DNA of 64,000 nt from an uncultured Nitrospiraceae bacterium (GCA_963705105.1 CAVPIW010000009.1:224001-288000); one strand, 5' to 3'; counted from the stretch's first letter, positions 23,473-35,770 are shown. Made by a program: numbers and translations. Notes: generated by a model not told the origin, from the letters alone.

Positions 23473-23517
23473 CTTATCTTGGATGCCAGTGCTTCCAGAA
23501 ACATAATTGCGGGCCAT

Positions 23518-24174
23518 TCAGGCTGACGCGACCCGTTTGACAAAGATCTCCCTTGCCAGCTCGGGGTCGATGGCGATCGTCGTCTCGTCGATTTCGATGA
23601 CGATGGACGGCCATTTCTGGAGGAGGCGGATCGTCGCGCCGGGGATGATGCCGATGGAGCTGAGCCTGCTGATCCGTGCGGCTTCAGAGGGTGTGATAAA
23701 GACGATCTTCCCGTACTGACCGACGGAAAAATCGGAGAGGCGGACGACGACGGGTTGAATGTCGACAGTGTATTTCTTGCAGCATTCTCCCCTCGGGATG
23801 GGATTGCCGTGAGGGCATGTGGGCGGGTGCCCCAGAAAGGTGCAGACGCTGTCCGTCAGTTCCTCGCTCAGGATGTGCTCCATCTTGCAGGCATCTTCGT
23901 GGATGATGTCGCCGGTCATGTCGAAGACGTCCGTAAAGAGACGCTCGGCGAGGCGATGCCTCCTGATAAGTCCGCGTGCCTGATCGTATCCCGTTTTGGA
24001 AAGCTTGATCTCAGAAGACGTGACGGTGACAAGACCCTCCCGGGCGAGCATATCGATAAGTTGCTCCACATCCTGGTCATCGGAACTCAGGGTGAACCGC
24101 TTGAGGTCGAAGTGGCCTTCTTCACAGAGGATCCAGAGGAGTTCCAGGGCCTCGTCGATTCTTTCCTTATCCAT
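23518..24174 (-). CDS. DtxR/MntR-family metal-dependent regulator with C-terminal FeoA domain
   Basis: RRHRLAERLF, ACKMEHILS, PTCPHGNPIP, C-terminal RLSSIGIIPGATI. ATG 24174 overlaps the rnhB end. Confidence 0.88.
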   Translation of the reverse strand: MDKERIDEALELLWILCEEGHFDLKRFTLSSDDQDVEQLIDMLAREGLVTVTSSEIKLSKTGYDQARGLIRRHRLAERLFTDVFDMTGDIIHEDACKMEHILSEELTDSVCTFLGHPPTCPHGNPIPRGECCKKYTVDIQPVVVRLSDFSVGQYGKIVFITPSEAARISRLSSIGIIPGATIRLLQKWPSIVIEIDETTIAIDPELAREIFVKRVASA

Positions 24175-24841
24175 TGCCGGGCCCCGCTTTCCGCTCAAAG
24201 GCGGTGTTGACGGGTCTTTTTTCGTCCGGGGGAAAGGGGAGGGAGAGCTCTTCGACGGGACGGAAACTTCTCCGGTGGATACAACAGGGGCCGAGACGGT
24301 TGATCGAGTCGATGTGGTCTTTGGTCCCGTATCCCTTGTGCTTCTCGAATCCGTATGACGGAAACCTCGATCCGCAGAGGCGCATGATCCTGTCCCTGAC
24401 GACCTTTGCGACGATCGATGCCGCTGCGATCGAGGCACTCTTGGCGTCGCCTTTGATGACCGCCTTCTGTTCGAGTTTCAGGGACGGTAATGTCAGGGCG
24501 TCGATAAGGAGGAGGTCGGGGATTTCAACGAGGTCCATAACCGCCATCTCCATTGCCATCCTCGTTGCCACGAGAATATTGAACCTGTCAATCGTTACGG
24601 CGTCGACGGCGCCGACGCCGATGTCCGTCGCCGTATGCAGGATTTCATTGTACAGCTGATCCCGCTCCCTCTCGGGAACGCGCTTTGAATCCCTGAGTCT
24701 GTCGATCCTCGCCTTCTCCGGCAGAATGACAGCTGCAGCGACAACGGGGCCGGCAAGGGGACCCCTTCCTGCCTCATCAATGCCGGCGATCAGCCCAATG
24801 CCATGGGTCCTCATGGAGTCATCGAACTCGTAGAGGCTCAT
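24167..24841 (-). CDS. rnhB: Ribonuclease HII
   Basis: GIDEAGRGPLAGPVV, DSK, KGDAKSASIAAASIVAKV, HKGYGT; follows rplS. Confidence 0.96.
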   Translation of the reverse strand: MSLYEFDDSMRTHGIGLIAGIDEAGRGPLAGPVVAAAVILPEKARIDRLRDSKRVPERERDQLYNEILHTATDIGVGAVDAVTIDRFNILVATRMAMEMAVMDLVEIPDLLLIDALTLPSLKLEQKAVIKGDAKSASIAAASIVAKVVRDRIMRLCGSRFPSYGFEKHKGYGTKDHIDSINRLGPCCIHRRSFRPVEELSLPFPPDEKRPVNTAFERKAGPGNG

Positions 24842-24850
24842 GGAACGACC

Positions 24851-25219
24851 TTATTGCTTCGCAGGCTCCTTCCTGAAGTCCCGCTCCTTTTCCTTGACCT
24901 TCGCGTGCTTGCCCTTCTTGCCTCTCAGGTAGTAGAGCTTGGCCCTCCTCACAGCGCCCCGCTTCAGGACTTCCATCCTGTCGATTGAAGGGGAATGGAC
25001 GGGGAATATCCTCTCGACGCCGACGCCGAAAGAGATCTTCCTGACGATGAACGTCTCCCTTATACCGCTGCCGCTCCTTGAAATGACGATGCCTTCATAA
25101 GGCTGGAGTCTCTCCTTGTCGCCTTCGACGACCTTCACATAGACCCGCACGGTGTCTCCGATGCTGAAACTCGGGATCTGCTTCCTGAAGCCCTCTTCCA
25201 CTGCCTGTATCAAGCTCAT
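24851..25219 (-). CDS. rplS: 50S ribosomal protein L19
   Basis: [32 protein letters not shown]. Confidence 0.98.
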   Translation of the reverse strand: MSLIQAVEEGFRKQIPSFSIGDTVRVYVKVVEGDKERLQPYEGIVISRSGSGIRETFIVRKISFGVGVERIFPVHSPSIDRMEVLKRGAVRRAKLYYLRGKKGKHAKVKEKERDFRKEPAKQ

Positions 25220-25220
25220 G

Positions 25221-25988
25221 CTATCCTCCGCGTGTATTGTTCTTGCCGGATGCCTTTCCGGTGAGTTCCTCCACGTACTCCCGGTCCTCCGCCGTAAGCG
25301 GCGCCTTGTCGAGAAGGTCGGGCCGTTTGAGGAAAGTCCGCCGTATCGCTTCGCGCCTTCTCCACATCTGAATTTCCCTGTGATTACCCGACAGCAGCAC
25401 GTCGGGCACCTTCATCCCCATGAAATCAGCAGGCCGCGTGTAATGGGGATAGTCGAGGATTCCCCAGGTGAAGGACTCCTCCTTCGCAGACTCCTCGTAT
25501 CCCAGCACACCGGGGACGAGTCGGCTGACGCAGTCTATTATAACCAAGGCGGCCAGCTCACCTCCAGTCATCACATAATCACCGATCGAAATCTCCTCGT
25601 GGGCGATATATTCCCGAACCCGCTCGTCCACTCCTTCATACCTGCCGCAGATGAAGAGAATTCTCCTTTCCTCCCTGAGAAACTCCTCCGCCATATGCTG
25701 GGTGAAAGGCTTTCCCTGGGGGCTGAGCAGCACGACGAGCCTTGCGGCGCCGTCGGACCCTATCGACTCAATGGCCCGGTGTAACGGTTCAACCTTGAGG
25801 ACCATGCCCGACCCGCCGCCGTAGGGGTAATCGTCGACGGTCCTGTGCTTGTCCGTCGAGAAATCGCGCAGGTCGTGGACCTTCACATCGATCAGGCCCC
25901 TCTGGACTGCCCTTTTGAGGATGCTCTCCCCGAGATAGGCGTGACAGATGCCGGGAAAGATCGTGACGACATCGAAGGATGCGCTCAT
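25221..25988 (-). CDS. trmD: tRNA (guanine37-N1)-methyltransferase
   Basis: [48 protein letters not shown]. Confidence 0.97.
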   Translation of the reverse strand: MSASFDVVTIFPGICHAYLGESILKRAVQRGLIDVKVHDLRDFSTDKHRTVDDYPYGGGSGMVLKVEPLHRAIESIGSDGAARLVVLLSPQGKPFTQHMAEEFLREERRILFICGRYEGVDERVREYIAHEEISIGDYVMTGGELAALVIIDCVSRLVPGVLGYEESAKEESFTWGILDYPHYTRPADFMGMKVPDVLLSGNHREIQMWRRREAIRRTFLKRPDLLDKAPLTAEDREYVEELTGKASGKNNTRGG

Positions 25989-26521
25989 ACCTCTTCGCCG
26001 GCGGGCAGCGCCACGACCATCCTTCCCTCTTCGAGATCGATCGACCTTATGACCTCTTTGATCGCAGGAAGGAGAATTTCCCCGCCGCCTCCCGTCACGA
26101 CATACACGTCATTGCTCCCCGTCTCGGCAATGGCCGTCACCGTCCCGAGATACAGGTCTTCCACGGTGTATACCTTCAAACCGATGATCTGGTAGTGGTA
26201 ATAAATCCCCTCCGGCAACGGGGGACTTTCGGACCGCCTGATCATAATGCGCGCGCTGCGAAAGGAGCGTGCCTGCTCGGGCGTTTCACAGCCATCGAAA
26301 AGCAGACGGACAGACGTCCCGTGAGTCCTGGCCGAGAGGATTTTCATGCCGTCCGGCTCCGCCGGCCTGCGCCCTTGCGGACCCTCGTCCCGCCCGATGA
26401 ACACCTCCTGCAGCGACTCGAACCGGGAGGGATCAAAGGTAAGGGGCGTGACCAGGACTTCTCCCCGTATGCCCCACTCTCTGGCGATCCTGCCGATCGT
26501 TATGAACGCGTCGTCATCCAA
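25985..26521 (-). CDS. rimM: 16S rRNA processing protein RimM
   Basis: [28 protein letters not shown]; conserved synteny. Confidence 0.93.
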   Translation of the reverse strand: MDDDAFITIGRIAREWGIRGEVLVTPLTFDPSRFESLQEVFIGRDEGPQGRRPAEPDGMKILSARTHGTSVRLLFDGCETPEQARSFRSARIMIRRSESPPLPEGIYYHYQIIGLKVYTVEDLYLGTVTAIAETGSNDVYVVTGGGGEILLPAIKEVIRSIDLEEGRMVVALPAGEEV

Positions 26522-26613
26522 TCAGCCTCCGAGTGAGTGCGCCCTGACGGGCGCACCAACAAGAAGGGGCGTTCGGTGAACGCCCCTCCTGAATCCCATC
26601 TATGCCGAAATGC

Positions 26614-26844
26614 CTACTCCAGGATCTCGAGTACGCAACGTTTGCCTATTTTCGTTCCCGCGGCGCCGAGGATCGTCCGCATGGCCCGCGCCGTCTTCCC
26701 CTGCTTACCGATGACCTTTCCGAGGTCGCTCTGAGACACTCTCAATTCATAGACCGTGGTCTTTTCGCCTTCGATTTCCGTGACTTTCACATCGTCCGGT
26801 GTGTCAACGAGAGATTTCGCCATCGCCTCAATCAGTGCCTTCAT
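26614..26844 (-). CDS. khpA: KH-domain RNA-binding protein (KhpA/YlqC)
   Basis: [17 protein letters not shown]; between rpsP and rimM. Confidence 0.92.
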   Translation of the reverse strand: MKALIEAMAKSLVDTPDDVKVTEIEGEKTTVYELRVSQSDLGKVIGKQGKTARAMRTILGAAGTKIGKRCVLEILE

Positions 26845-26936
26845 CGTTCAACCTCCATCCTTTCTTGAAATGCGGACTGAAGATGCAGAAATCAGGGAAG
26901 ATCCGTCGCGCCTCCCGGTCCTGTGCTCAGAAGCCG

Positions 26937-27176
26937 TTATCCCACTCCGGCTTTCTGAAGGAGATTCTTCACGATATCCGTCGGCTGTGCCCCGCGATCG
27001 ACCCAGTATTTTGCCCGTTCCGCATTGACTTTAATCTCAGAGGGTTCTTTTTTCGGGTCGTAGGTGCCGATGATCTCGATAAAAGGGCCGTCCCTTCGCG
27101 CGCGGGAATCGGTAACGATAATTCTGTAAAAGGGGCTCTTGTGTGCGCCCATCCGGGTCAGTCTGATCTTGACCAA
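26937..27176 (-). CDS. rpsP: 30S ribosomal protein S16
   Basis: [33 protein letters not shown] start with AGGAGG RBS. Confidence 0.97.
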   Translation of the reverse strand: MVKIRLTRMGAHKSPFYRIIVTDSRARRDGPFIEIIGTYDPKKEPSEIKVNAERAKYWVDRGAQPTDIVKNLLQKAGVG

Positions 27177-27209
27177 GTCATCACCTCCTGAAATATTCGA
27201 CAGATAAGT

Positions 27210-27239
27210 ATTTTACACTAATCCCGCCGTCCGTTTCAA
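27210..27239 (-). promoter_or_regulatory. Sigma70-type promoter for the rpsP operon
   Basis: TTGAAA-N18-TAAAAT on the minus strand. Confidence 0.5.
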
Positions 27240-27273
27240 TGAAGCCGGAAAGGGGTGCTTATGCAGAGGTTTT

Positions 27274-27371
27274 ACTGTCGTTGAATGAAAAGGCGGGGAC
27301 GTTCCTTTGACCGGGACTAACACTCCAGAAAGAATGTTCCTTCACTCACACTTGCACTGACACTCACACTG
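27274..27371. repeat. Family 1 end remnant plus reverse hexamer tract
   Basis: gttgaatgaaaaggcgggg and cactcacacttgcactgacactcacact next to the ffh stop. Confidence 0.55.
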
Positions 27372-28703
<1,332 letters not shown>

Positions 28704-28718
28704 GTCCTGTTCACCTCA

Positions 28719-29237
28719 TCATTTCAGCAGCGCGTCTATTTCTTCGGACAGCACCCGTGACATGTCGGGGATAAGACCCATGTGCTTGTTCCTGATCCTG
28801 CCCTCTTTGTCCAGCACAAAACTCGTGGGAATGCTGAATACCTCGTAATTTCTGCTCACTTCGTCATCATCAAAGAGCACCGGATAGGTAATCCCGTGTT
28901 CCTTGATGAAGGATTTCACCGCACCTGCCGCGCCGGACCCCTTGTCGAGCGAGATGGCAAGGGCGACAAAACCTTTATTGTTATAATGCTCGAACACCTC
29001 TTGTATCTGCGGCGCCGATATCTGGCATGGGCCGCACCAGGTCGTGAAAAACTCTATGAGCACGACCTTTCCCCTGAAGTCGGCGAGGCTTATCTTTTTG
29101 CCGTCGCTGTCGCTGAGGGTGAATGACGGCGCCGGTGTCTCCTTTTTCCCGGACCCGGAGTGTCCGTCTTCTTTGGTGCAGGCAGGGCAGAGGAAGACAA
29201 GAGCGATGAGGACTGCAAGGACCGCTACTCTTCGCAT
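28719..29237 (-). CDS. TlpA-family thiol-disulfide reductase, probable lipoprotein
   Basis: Signal peptide with Cys, APSFTL, GKVVLIEFFTTWCGPC, SIPTSFVLDKEG. Confidence 0.88.
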   Translation of the reverse strand: MRRVAVLAVLIALVFLCPACTKEDGHSGSGKKETPAPSFTLSDSDGKKISLADFRGKVVLIEFFTTWCGPCQISAPQIQEVFEHYNNKGFVALAISLDKGSGAAGAVKSFIKEHGITYPVLFDDDEVSRNYEVFSIPTSFVLDKEGRIRNKHMGLIPDMSRVLSEEIDALLK

Positions 29238-29569
29238 CAGCTCCCGAGAAGGGCGTCGATCTTACCCTTGAGCTGCGGTTTCGGGACCGCCCCGACGATC
29301 TGGTCGACCTTCTCGCCGTCCTTGAAGAATATGATCGTCGGGATGCCCATGATCTTGAACTTGCTGGCGACGTCGGGATTCTCATCGGTGTTGAGTTTGC
29401 CGACTTTCACCTTTCCTGCATATTCCTTTGAGAGCTCCTCTATCGTGGGGGCGATCATCCGACAGGGACCGCACCAGACCGCCCAGAAATCTACCATTAC
29501 GAGTCCTTTTGATTCCGAGACTTCCTTGTCCCAGGTTGCACTCGTCAGTTCGACAATCCCTTCCGCCAT
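29237..29569 (-). CDS. trxA: Thioredoxin
   Basis: DFWAVWCGPCRMIAP, IMGIPT; AGGAGG RBS before ATG 29569. Confidence 0.95.
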   Translation of the reverse strand: MAEGIVELTSATWDKEVSESKGLVMVDFWAVWCGPCRMIAPTIEELSKEYAGKVKVGKLNTDENPDVASKFKIMGIPTIIFFKDGEKVDQIVGAVPKPQLKGKIDALLGS

Positions 29570-29609
29570 AAGAGCCTCCTTCATGATGAAAAGATAACAA
29601 TATCCCGAA

Positions 29610-29639
29610 AGTATACGTTTCAAATCAACGTTGTGTCAA
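29610..29639 (-). promoter_or_regulatory. Sigma70-type promoter for trxA
   Basis: TTGACA-N18-TATACT on the minus strand. Confidence 0.65.
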
Positions 29640-29775
29640 ATGAGATCACAAGCCGGGACCGCCCCCGGCAAGGTTTACAACCCCCCGGTCGATGCCATAC
29701 AATAGATTGAACCGTCGTAAAATCCTGAGGCGGGAAGAAAGCGGGTCAGAGAAACCGAAAAGGCTGCACGGTCAC

Positions 29776-29994
29776 ATGGTCAGAATAATTACCCAGATAC
29801 TCGTCGGTCTCATGCTCTTCTTCGGCGTCCTTACGCTGGGCGAGAGGGTGGTGTTTTACATCAGGACGAAAAATATCAGGCGGGCACTCTATTTTCTCGT
29901 GCTCTGGTCCCTCGCCCTCCTCCTCTCGCTCATGGCATTCTATTTCGCCTACACGGAGCTGAAGGGACTGGACGGCATTCGCCAAAGCCTCTAA
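29776..29994 (+). CDS. Small two-TM hypothetical membrane protein
   Basis: Two hydrophobic segments; fills the gap divergent from trxA; start uncertain. Confidence 0.5.
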   Translation: MVRIITQILVGLMLFFGVLTLGERVVFYIRTKNIRRALYFLVLWSLALLLSLMAFYFAYTELKGLDGIRQSL

Positions 29995-30006
29995 GTCTTC
30001 CGGTCA

Positions 30007-30399
30007 TCACGGCTTTCCCTTGCGGCCCTCCCGCGACACGGCCCTGTCATAGAACTTCTGCTCATAGTCGGGAGAGCCTTCGAGGTGGCAGGGCCTGTTC
30101 CTCATGACATTCAGCTTCATCATTTTGAAGTTCAGCTCCCGAAGCTTCCTCATCCTTTCCTTGTCGTCATCGAGGGTATCCATGAGGTCTTTCAGGCTGA
30201 TGATCTCCTTCCGGAGCTCCAGTTCGGGCGGTATACAGCCGGCGTTCCTGAGCACCCGGTAGGCAAGCCTCAGGTCTTCGGGAATCCAGGTCTCGTCTTC
30301 AAAAACGAGGGGTTTGCCGGCTCCCCTGAGGTTGTCGAATTCACCGCGGTCCATCGCCTCGCGGATCCTCTTTTCCGCTATTTTCGCGATGATGTCCAT
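30007..30399 (-). CDS. DUF1992 (DnaJC28-like) domain protein
   Basis: IAEKRIREAMDRGEFDNLRGAGKPL...LRNAGCIPPE. Confidence 0.88.
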   Translation of the reverse strand: MDIIAKIAEKRIREAMDRGEFDNLRGAGKPLVFEDETWIPEDLRLAYRVLRNAGCIPPELELRKEIISLKDLMDTLDDDKERMRKLRELNFKMMKLNVMRNRPCHLEGSPDYEQKFYDRAVSREGRKGKP

Positions 30400-30402
30400 G
30401 AT

Positions 30403-30999
30403 CTATTCGCCCTTTTCCACCGGCGCTTGTCTCAACTCCTCCTCCCATGACTTGAACCTGGTCGCGAGTTTGTCATTTTCTCTCCCGAGGACCTCGATGA
30501 ATGATTCGATCTCACTGCTGCTCATCTGCAGCTCCGAAAGCGCCTCATCGCGGCGCAGTGTAAAAGCGTCGGCTCCCTGAAGACCCTCGAGCATGACGGA
30601 AAGATTGTCGTTCCTGTCAAGGAGAGCCGAGAGACGTCCGCGGGCCGTCTCAAAGAGGTCCTGATAGCACATCAGTTCAAGGATCCTCGCGCGCTGCTTT
30701 TCAACAATGCCGCGCAACGATTCCAGCTCTTCCGAAGACTGAGGCGGGATGTCTGAGAGGGTCTGCTCGGCGGACTTCATCTCCGTCTCTTCCCGGGCCA
30801 TCTCTGTGTCGTCCTTGACATCTTCAGCGGACATTTCCTCCTCACCGGCCCTGTTGCCCGCCTCTGAGGGCGGAGCCGGCGCCTCCAGGGCGAGGCGCTT
30901 CCATTTCCGGCTCCTGAGGAAAAGGAAGACCGCCGCTCCGATCAGTATGAGGACCGCCTCGATGAGAAGCAGGAGATATAGGGCGTCGATCTTCAGCAT
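30403..30999 (-). CDS. Membrane-anchored coiled-coil hypothetical protein
   Basis: N-terminal TM, acidic linker, heptad-rich C-terminus; tightly packed with neighbours. Confidence 0.65.
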   Translation of the reverse strand: MLKIDALYLLLLIEAVLILIGAAVFLFLRSRKWKRLALEAPAPPSEAGNRAGEEEMSAEDVKDDTEMAREETEMKSAEQTLSDIPPQSSEELESLRGIVEKQRARILELMCYQDLFETARGRLSALLDRNDNLSVMLEGLQGADAFTLRRDEALSELQMSSSEIESFIEVLGRENDKLATRFKSWEEELRQAPVEKGE

Positions 31000-31023
31000 G
31001 GTTTCCGTCTCATTCCTGTCATA

Positions 31024-32586
31024 TCACCGCCTCATCCGGATGAGCTTGACGATACCGAATACGGCGAGGCACACGGAAAGGACAACAACATTGATAATGC
31101 CGAACCGGAAGAGGACATCGTCCCATTGCACCTCGTCGGTCTGTGTGCGGGAGGTTGTGACGGCGCCTTCCTTGCCGGGGGCCTTTTCACCCACGACAGG
31201 GCCGTCTATCACCCTGAATGCCGATTCGACGGAGCGGAAGGAGACGACTTTCTCCCGTTTGAAGGCGCCTGCCTGCGCCGCGATGACCACCTTGTATTCG
31301 CCTGTTTCCGCTATCGTCGCCGTCGATGTGAACACTCCGTCACCGGCCTGGGCGTCACCGTCCACGCCCTGATCGGCGAGGGGGATCTTTGTCTCCCTGC
31401 CGTCAGGCCCGACGAGGGTCGCAACGAAGGAGACGGTGTCAAGCACAGCCCTGTCGGTGATCATGGCGCCGTTCTTTTCAAGCCGGGCATCGAGCGTGAT
31501 GACGTCTCCGCGGGAGAGAAAATTCCTCTGAAAGGAGGTCCTGAGATGCAGGTCGGTGATGACGAAGATCCTCCCCCCCTGCGGAGACCCCGGTCCGGCC
31601 TTCCACGTTCCTGCCAGGGGCTGACGGATCGTTATCATGTCGAACACGTCGCCTTCAAACCATTGGAGGTTCTTCCCGGGCGCTCCCGCAGTATAGCGTT
31701 TCTGACCGGGATCGACAAGCACCGTCGCCGTTCCCGGTTTTTTCGTGATGACGATCGTCGCCTCTTTGATGTCGCCGTCGATGGAGAAACTCTCTCCCTC
31801 GAGGGGGACGGCATCGGGCGATTTCATCTTTTCATACAACGATGAGAAGACGACATGGATGTCCTGGTCGGTCTTCGCGAAGTGAAAGGATCCGCCCGTG
31901 ACCCTCGCGATCTCCTCGAGGAGCTTCTGGTCGGACGCTTCGGTGAATGCGATCGTATAGAGCTTTATGCCCTTCCCTGCGAGTTCCCGGAGAAGCTTCG
32001 ACAGCTCCTCTGAAGCCGCCTTGTCCTTCTCTTCCGACCCGAGGGCGAGCTTCCCGTCGGACATCATGACGATGATCTTGTCCTTCCTGCCGGAAGAACC
32101 CAGCTCCCCGGCAGCCGCCCTGATCCCGTCGGGAATGTTCGTCGAGAGATCCTGCGAGCCGATTGACTGGACAGCGTTCAGGAGTTTCCCCCGGTGAGCC
32201 GGCCTGTTGTCCGTCAGCCCGATGAGGACCTTCGCCCTGTCGCCGAAACTGACGATGCCGAGCCTGTCCTGTTCTCCGAGAAGTGACATGAAAAGCCTCG
32301 CTGCAGGTTTCCGGTAGCTCTTCGGATCCGTCTTCTTCATGCTTCCGGAGCTGTCCATGAGGAGAATGACGTCGATTCCTTCTTCGCCGGGCTTCGCGCT
32401 CCGCGTCTCCTGCGCCTTCGTGGACTTCTGTTTTACGGCGGCATGAATGCCGTGAGGGAACAGGAGACAGAGAAAAAGAGGAAGCAGAAACAGAACAGCC
32501 GCCGCAGACCATGTTGCACACAGCCCGGTCTCTTCCCCGGTCGGGCAGGTTTGTCTGCAGGCATAATGACGGTCCGGCGGGATCAT
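31024..32586 (-). CDS. Exported vWA-domain protein with C-terminal TM anchor (start uncertain)
   Basis: MIDAS motif DSSGSM, SDG, DQGVDGDAQAGDGVFT motif, C-terminal TM followed by basic tail. Confidence 0.82.
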   Translation of the reverse strand: MIPPDRHYACRQTCPTGEETGLCATWSAAAVLFLLPLFLCLLFPHGIHAAVKQKSTKAQETRSAKPGEEGIDVILLMDSSGSMKKTDPKSYRKPAARLFMSLLGEQDRLGIVSFGDRAKVLIGLTDNRPAHRGKLLNAVQSIGSQDLSTNIPDGIRAAAGELGSSGRKDKIIVMMSDGKLALGSEEKDKAASEELSKLLRELAGKGIKLYTIAFTEASDQKLLEEIARVTGGSFHFAKTDQDIHVVFSSLYEKMKSPDAVPLEGESFSIDGDIKEATIVITKKPGTATVLVDPGQKRYTAGAPGKNLQWFEGDVFDMITIRQPLAGTWKAGPGSPQGGRIFVITDLHLRTSFQRNFLSRGDVITLDARLEKNGAMITDRAVLDTVSFVATLVGPDGRETKIPLADQGVDGDAQAGDGVFTSTATIAETGEYKVVIAAQAGAFKREKVVSFRSVESAFRVIDGPVVGEKAPGKEGAVTTSRTQTDEVQWDDVLFRFGIINVVVLSVCLAVFGIVKLIRMRR

Positions 32587-32593
32587 GAATGCA

Positions 32594-33619
32594 TCAGAGA
32601 ATATTGTTCTCCGCCCTTTTCATATCGGCTTCGATCATGATCCGGACCAGTTCCCGGAACTTCGTCTTCGGCTCCCATCCGAGTTTCCTCTTCGCCTTCG
32701 AGCAGTCTCCGAGGAGCAGGTCGACCTCGGCGGGTCTGAAAAATTCAGGGGATATCTCGATGAGGACCCTGCCGCTCTTCCTGTCCTTTCCTTTTTCGCC
32801 GACGCCCTCCCCCTCCCAGACGATGTCATACCCTGCATGGCTGAAGGCGATCTCGACGAATTCCCTGATCGAATGGGTTTCCTCCGAGGCGATGACATAA
32901 TCATCGGGCTCATCCTGCTGCAGCATGAGCCACATCGCTTCGACATACTCGGGGGCATATCCCCAGTCTCGCCTGGAATCGAGGTTGCCGAGGACGATTT
33001 TGTCCTGCAGCCCGTATTTGATACGTGCTATGCCCGTCGTCACCTTTCTCGTCACAAACTCCTTGCCCCTGAAAGGCGACTCGTGGTTGAAAAGGATCCC
33101 GGAACAGGCATACATATTATATGATTCCCTGTAGTTTGCGGTGATCCAGTGACCGAACAGCTTGGCCACGCCATAGGGGCTCCTCGGGTGAAAGGGGGTC
33201 CTTTCGTTCTGCGGCGTCTCGGCGACCTTTCCGAACATCTCCGATGTCGAGGCCTGGTAAAACCTCGTCGAGGGACTGAGCGCGCGCAGGGTCTCGAGCA
33301 GTCTCAACACACCGATGGCATCGATATCCGCGGTGAGAACGGGCTGAGAGAACGACACCTGCACGAAACTCTGGGCAGCGAGGTTGTAGACTTCGTCAGG
33401 CTTTGCCTGCTCGATGACGGACATGACGTTTGTCAGCTCGAGGAGGTCCATGTAGACGATTCTCACGTCCTTCTCGATGGCCAGTTCCTTCATCCTCCAG
33501 AAGCTTGAATCGCCGCTCCTCCGGTCGGCGCCCCAGACTTCATACCCCTTTTTAAGAAGAAGGTGCGAAAGATATGCCCCGTCCTGTCCCCTGATACCTG
33601 TTATAAGCGCCCTTTTCAT
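32594..33619 (-). CDS. gmd: GDP-mannose 4,6-dehydratase
   Basis: ITGIRGQDGAYL, YNLAAQSFV, QASTSEMFG, PRSPYGVAK, LFNHESP, RDWGYA, RPAEV. Confidence 0.96.
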   Translation of the reverse strand: MKRALITGIRGQDGAYLSHLLLKKGYEVWGADRRSGDSSFWRMKELAIEKDVRIVYMDLLELTNVMSVIEQAKPDEVYNLAAQSFVQVSFSQPVLTADIDAIGVLRLLETLRALSPSTRFYQASTSEMFGKVAETPQNERTPFHPRSPYGVAKLFGHWITANYRESYNMYACSGILFNHESPFRGKEFVTRKVTTGIARIKYGLQDKIVLGNLDSRRDWGYAPEYVEAMWLMLQQDEPDDYVIASEETHSIREFVEIAFSHAGYDIVWEGEGVGEKGKDRKSGRVLIEISPEFFRPAEVDLLLGDCSKAKRKLGWEPKTKFRELVRIMIEADMKRAENNIL

Positions 33620-34095
33620 TGACAATCCTTTACGTTGAATGGGAAAATTTTAGCGCACCGGTCGGCATCGCCGGGGCTCCGCCACGGGTCTCTGCGATCG
33701 ACGTACAATCCTTCCCGCCGCCATGCCGCGCAATCATCCGTAAGGCGAAGGTTTGCCTCAGTCGCCGCAACAAAATTCATTATATCACATCCGTCCCGCT
33801 AAAACCCTTTAAAACCTTGTCGGAAGAGCAGCCCGGAGGGCGGATCGCGGCCGGCATTTGTGGCATCGAAAACACATGCGTCTGTAATTGCCTACACCTG
33901 GGAACCCTCGAACTCCACTGCCCTGATCCCTTACGTCCTGTGCGGTCCCTGGCGTTTCGATTGCCGAATCACGGAAGGGCCGACGCGGGGGAATAACCCC
34001 CGGGGGACTTTTTCCAGGAAGAGAATCAGTCACCCCCTCTTTCCTGAGCTGCAGAATTTCATCATCTTTTCAACATGTTACAATGTCTTTCTGCG

Positions 34096-34112
34096 CTGGC
34101 ATATTTTTTGTT
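34096..34112 (+). promoter_or_regulatory. Possible sigma54 promoter (GT rather than GC at -12)
   Basis: CTGGCATATTTTTTGTT compared with consensus TGGCAC-N5-TTGC. Confidence 0.35.
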
Positions 34113-34680
34113 TAACCCAACCTCGGGCTGTACGGCACAGGCCTCCATGTGGCTTTTTGCGACACGAGGCCTTTTTGCGCAAAATCATTTAAACATGTCC
34201 TGACGGCGGCGAGACCGGAGAGGATGCCTGAGGAGAAAAATGCAGTCTTATCCTCGACTCATGGCTCAGAGCAGGTTTTACGGAGGCGCCCCGCCTGCCG
34301 TGTTTATCAGGGCTATCATGGAGGCGGTTTGAAAGGGAAAAGGTTCGTCCCGTTTTTTGTCGTGCTTCTTCTTTTTTCTCCCTGTATTCTTTCAGCAGCG
34401 CAAGTCACCCTTTCCTGGGACCCCCCGACGACCAACGCAGACGGCACACCGTTAACAGATCTCTCCGGCTATATCATCCACTATGGAACGACCTCAGGCG
34501 TCTATACGGTGCATCTCGACGTCGAGAAACGTGACGACATATACCATCACTACCCTCGCAGACTGCACGACCTATTATTTCGCCGTTACTGCGTATGATA
34601 TTTCCCGCAACGAAAGCTCCTACTCGAACCAGGTGAGCAAGACGACCACCTGTCCGGCTCTGCCGCCACCGCAGTATACG

Positions 34681-35770
34681 CTGACTGTCACGAAGGCCGG
34701 CACGGGAAGCGGGACAGTGACAAGCAGTCCGGTGGGGATCAACTGCGGCACCGACTGCTCGGAGCCCTTCGCGCAGAATGCCGTGGTACAGCTCACCGCG
34801 GCACCGGCGGCAAAATCGAACTTCGGCGGCTGGTCGGGTAGCTGTACGGGCACGGCGACAACCTGCAGCGTTACCGTCAACGCTGCAAAAACCGCGACGG
34901 CGACGTTCACGATCAAGCAGTTCACGATCACCGCATCCGCGGGCGCGAACGGCAGCATTTCCCCCAGCGGCAGCGTCCCAGTGAACTACGGAACGAACAG
35001 GACATTCACGATCACGCCCAATGCAAACTACAGGGTGGCGGATGTGAGGGTTGACAACGTCTCGATGGGGGCGATCACCACATACACCTTCAGCAATGTA
35101 ACGGCGAACCACACCATAGCGGCGACGTTCACCGCCAACACGACTGCCCTCACTGTCACGAAGAGCGGCACGGGAAGCGGGACTGTGACAAGCAGCCCGG
35201 CGGGCATCAACTGCGGCACCGACTGCTCGGAGCCCTTCGCGCTGAATACCGTGGTACAGCTCACGCGCGGCACCGGCAACAAACTCGACCTTCACAGGCT
35301 GGTCAGGCAGTTGTACGGGCACCGCGACAACCTGCAGCGTCACCGTCAGCGCCGCGAAAACCGCGACGGCGACGTTCAATCTCAGGCAGTTCACGATCAC
35401 CGCATCCGCGGGCTCGAACGGCACCATTTCCCCCAGCGGCAGCGTTCCAGTGAACTACGGAACGAACAGGACATTCACGATCACGCCCAATGCAAACTAC
35501 AGAGTGGCGGATGTGAGGGTTGACAACGTCTCGATGGGGGCAATCACCACATACACCTTCAGCAATGTAACGGCAAACCACACCATAGCGGCGACGTTCA
35601 CCGCCAGCACGACTGCCCTCACTGTCACGAAGAGCGGCACGGGAAGCGGGACAGTGACAAGCAGCCCGGCGGGCATCAACTGCGGCACCGACTGCTCGGA
35701 GCCCTTCGCGCAGAATACCGTGGTACAGCTCACCGCGGCACCGGCAACAAACTCGACCTTCACAGGCTGG
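34681..35770 (+). repeat. Intragenic tandem repeat, 468-bp period, about 2.3 copies
   Basis: Units start at 34681, 35149 and 35618 (spacings 468 and 469). Confidence 0.9.

Noticed and set aside
26845..27371. SRP RNA (ffs) or tRNA near ffh and rpsP
   Set aside because: No GNRA domain IV motif or cloverleaf is recognisable; the intergenic DNA is explained by a promoter and repeat remnants.
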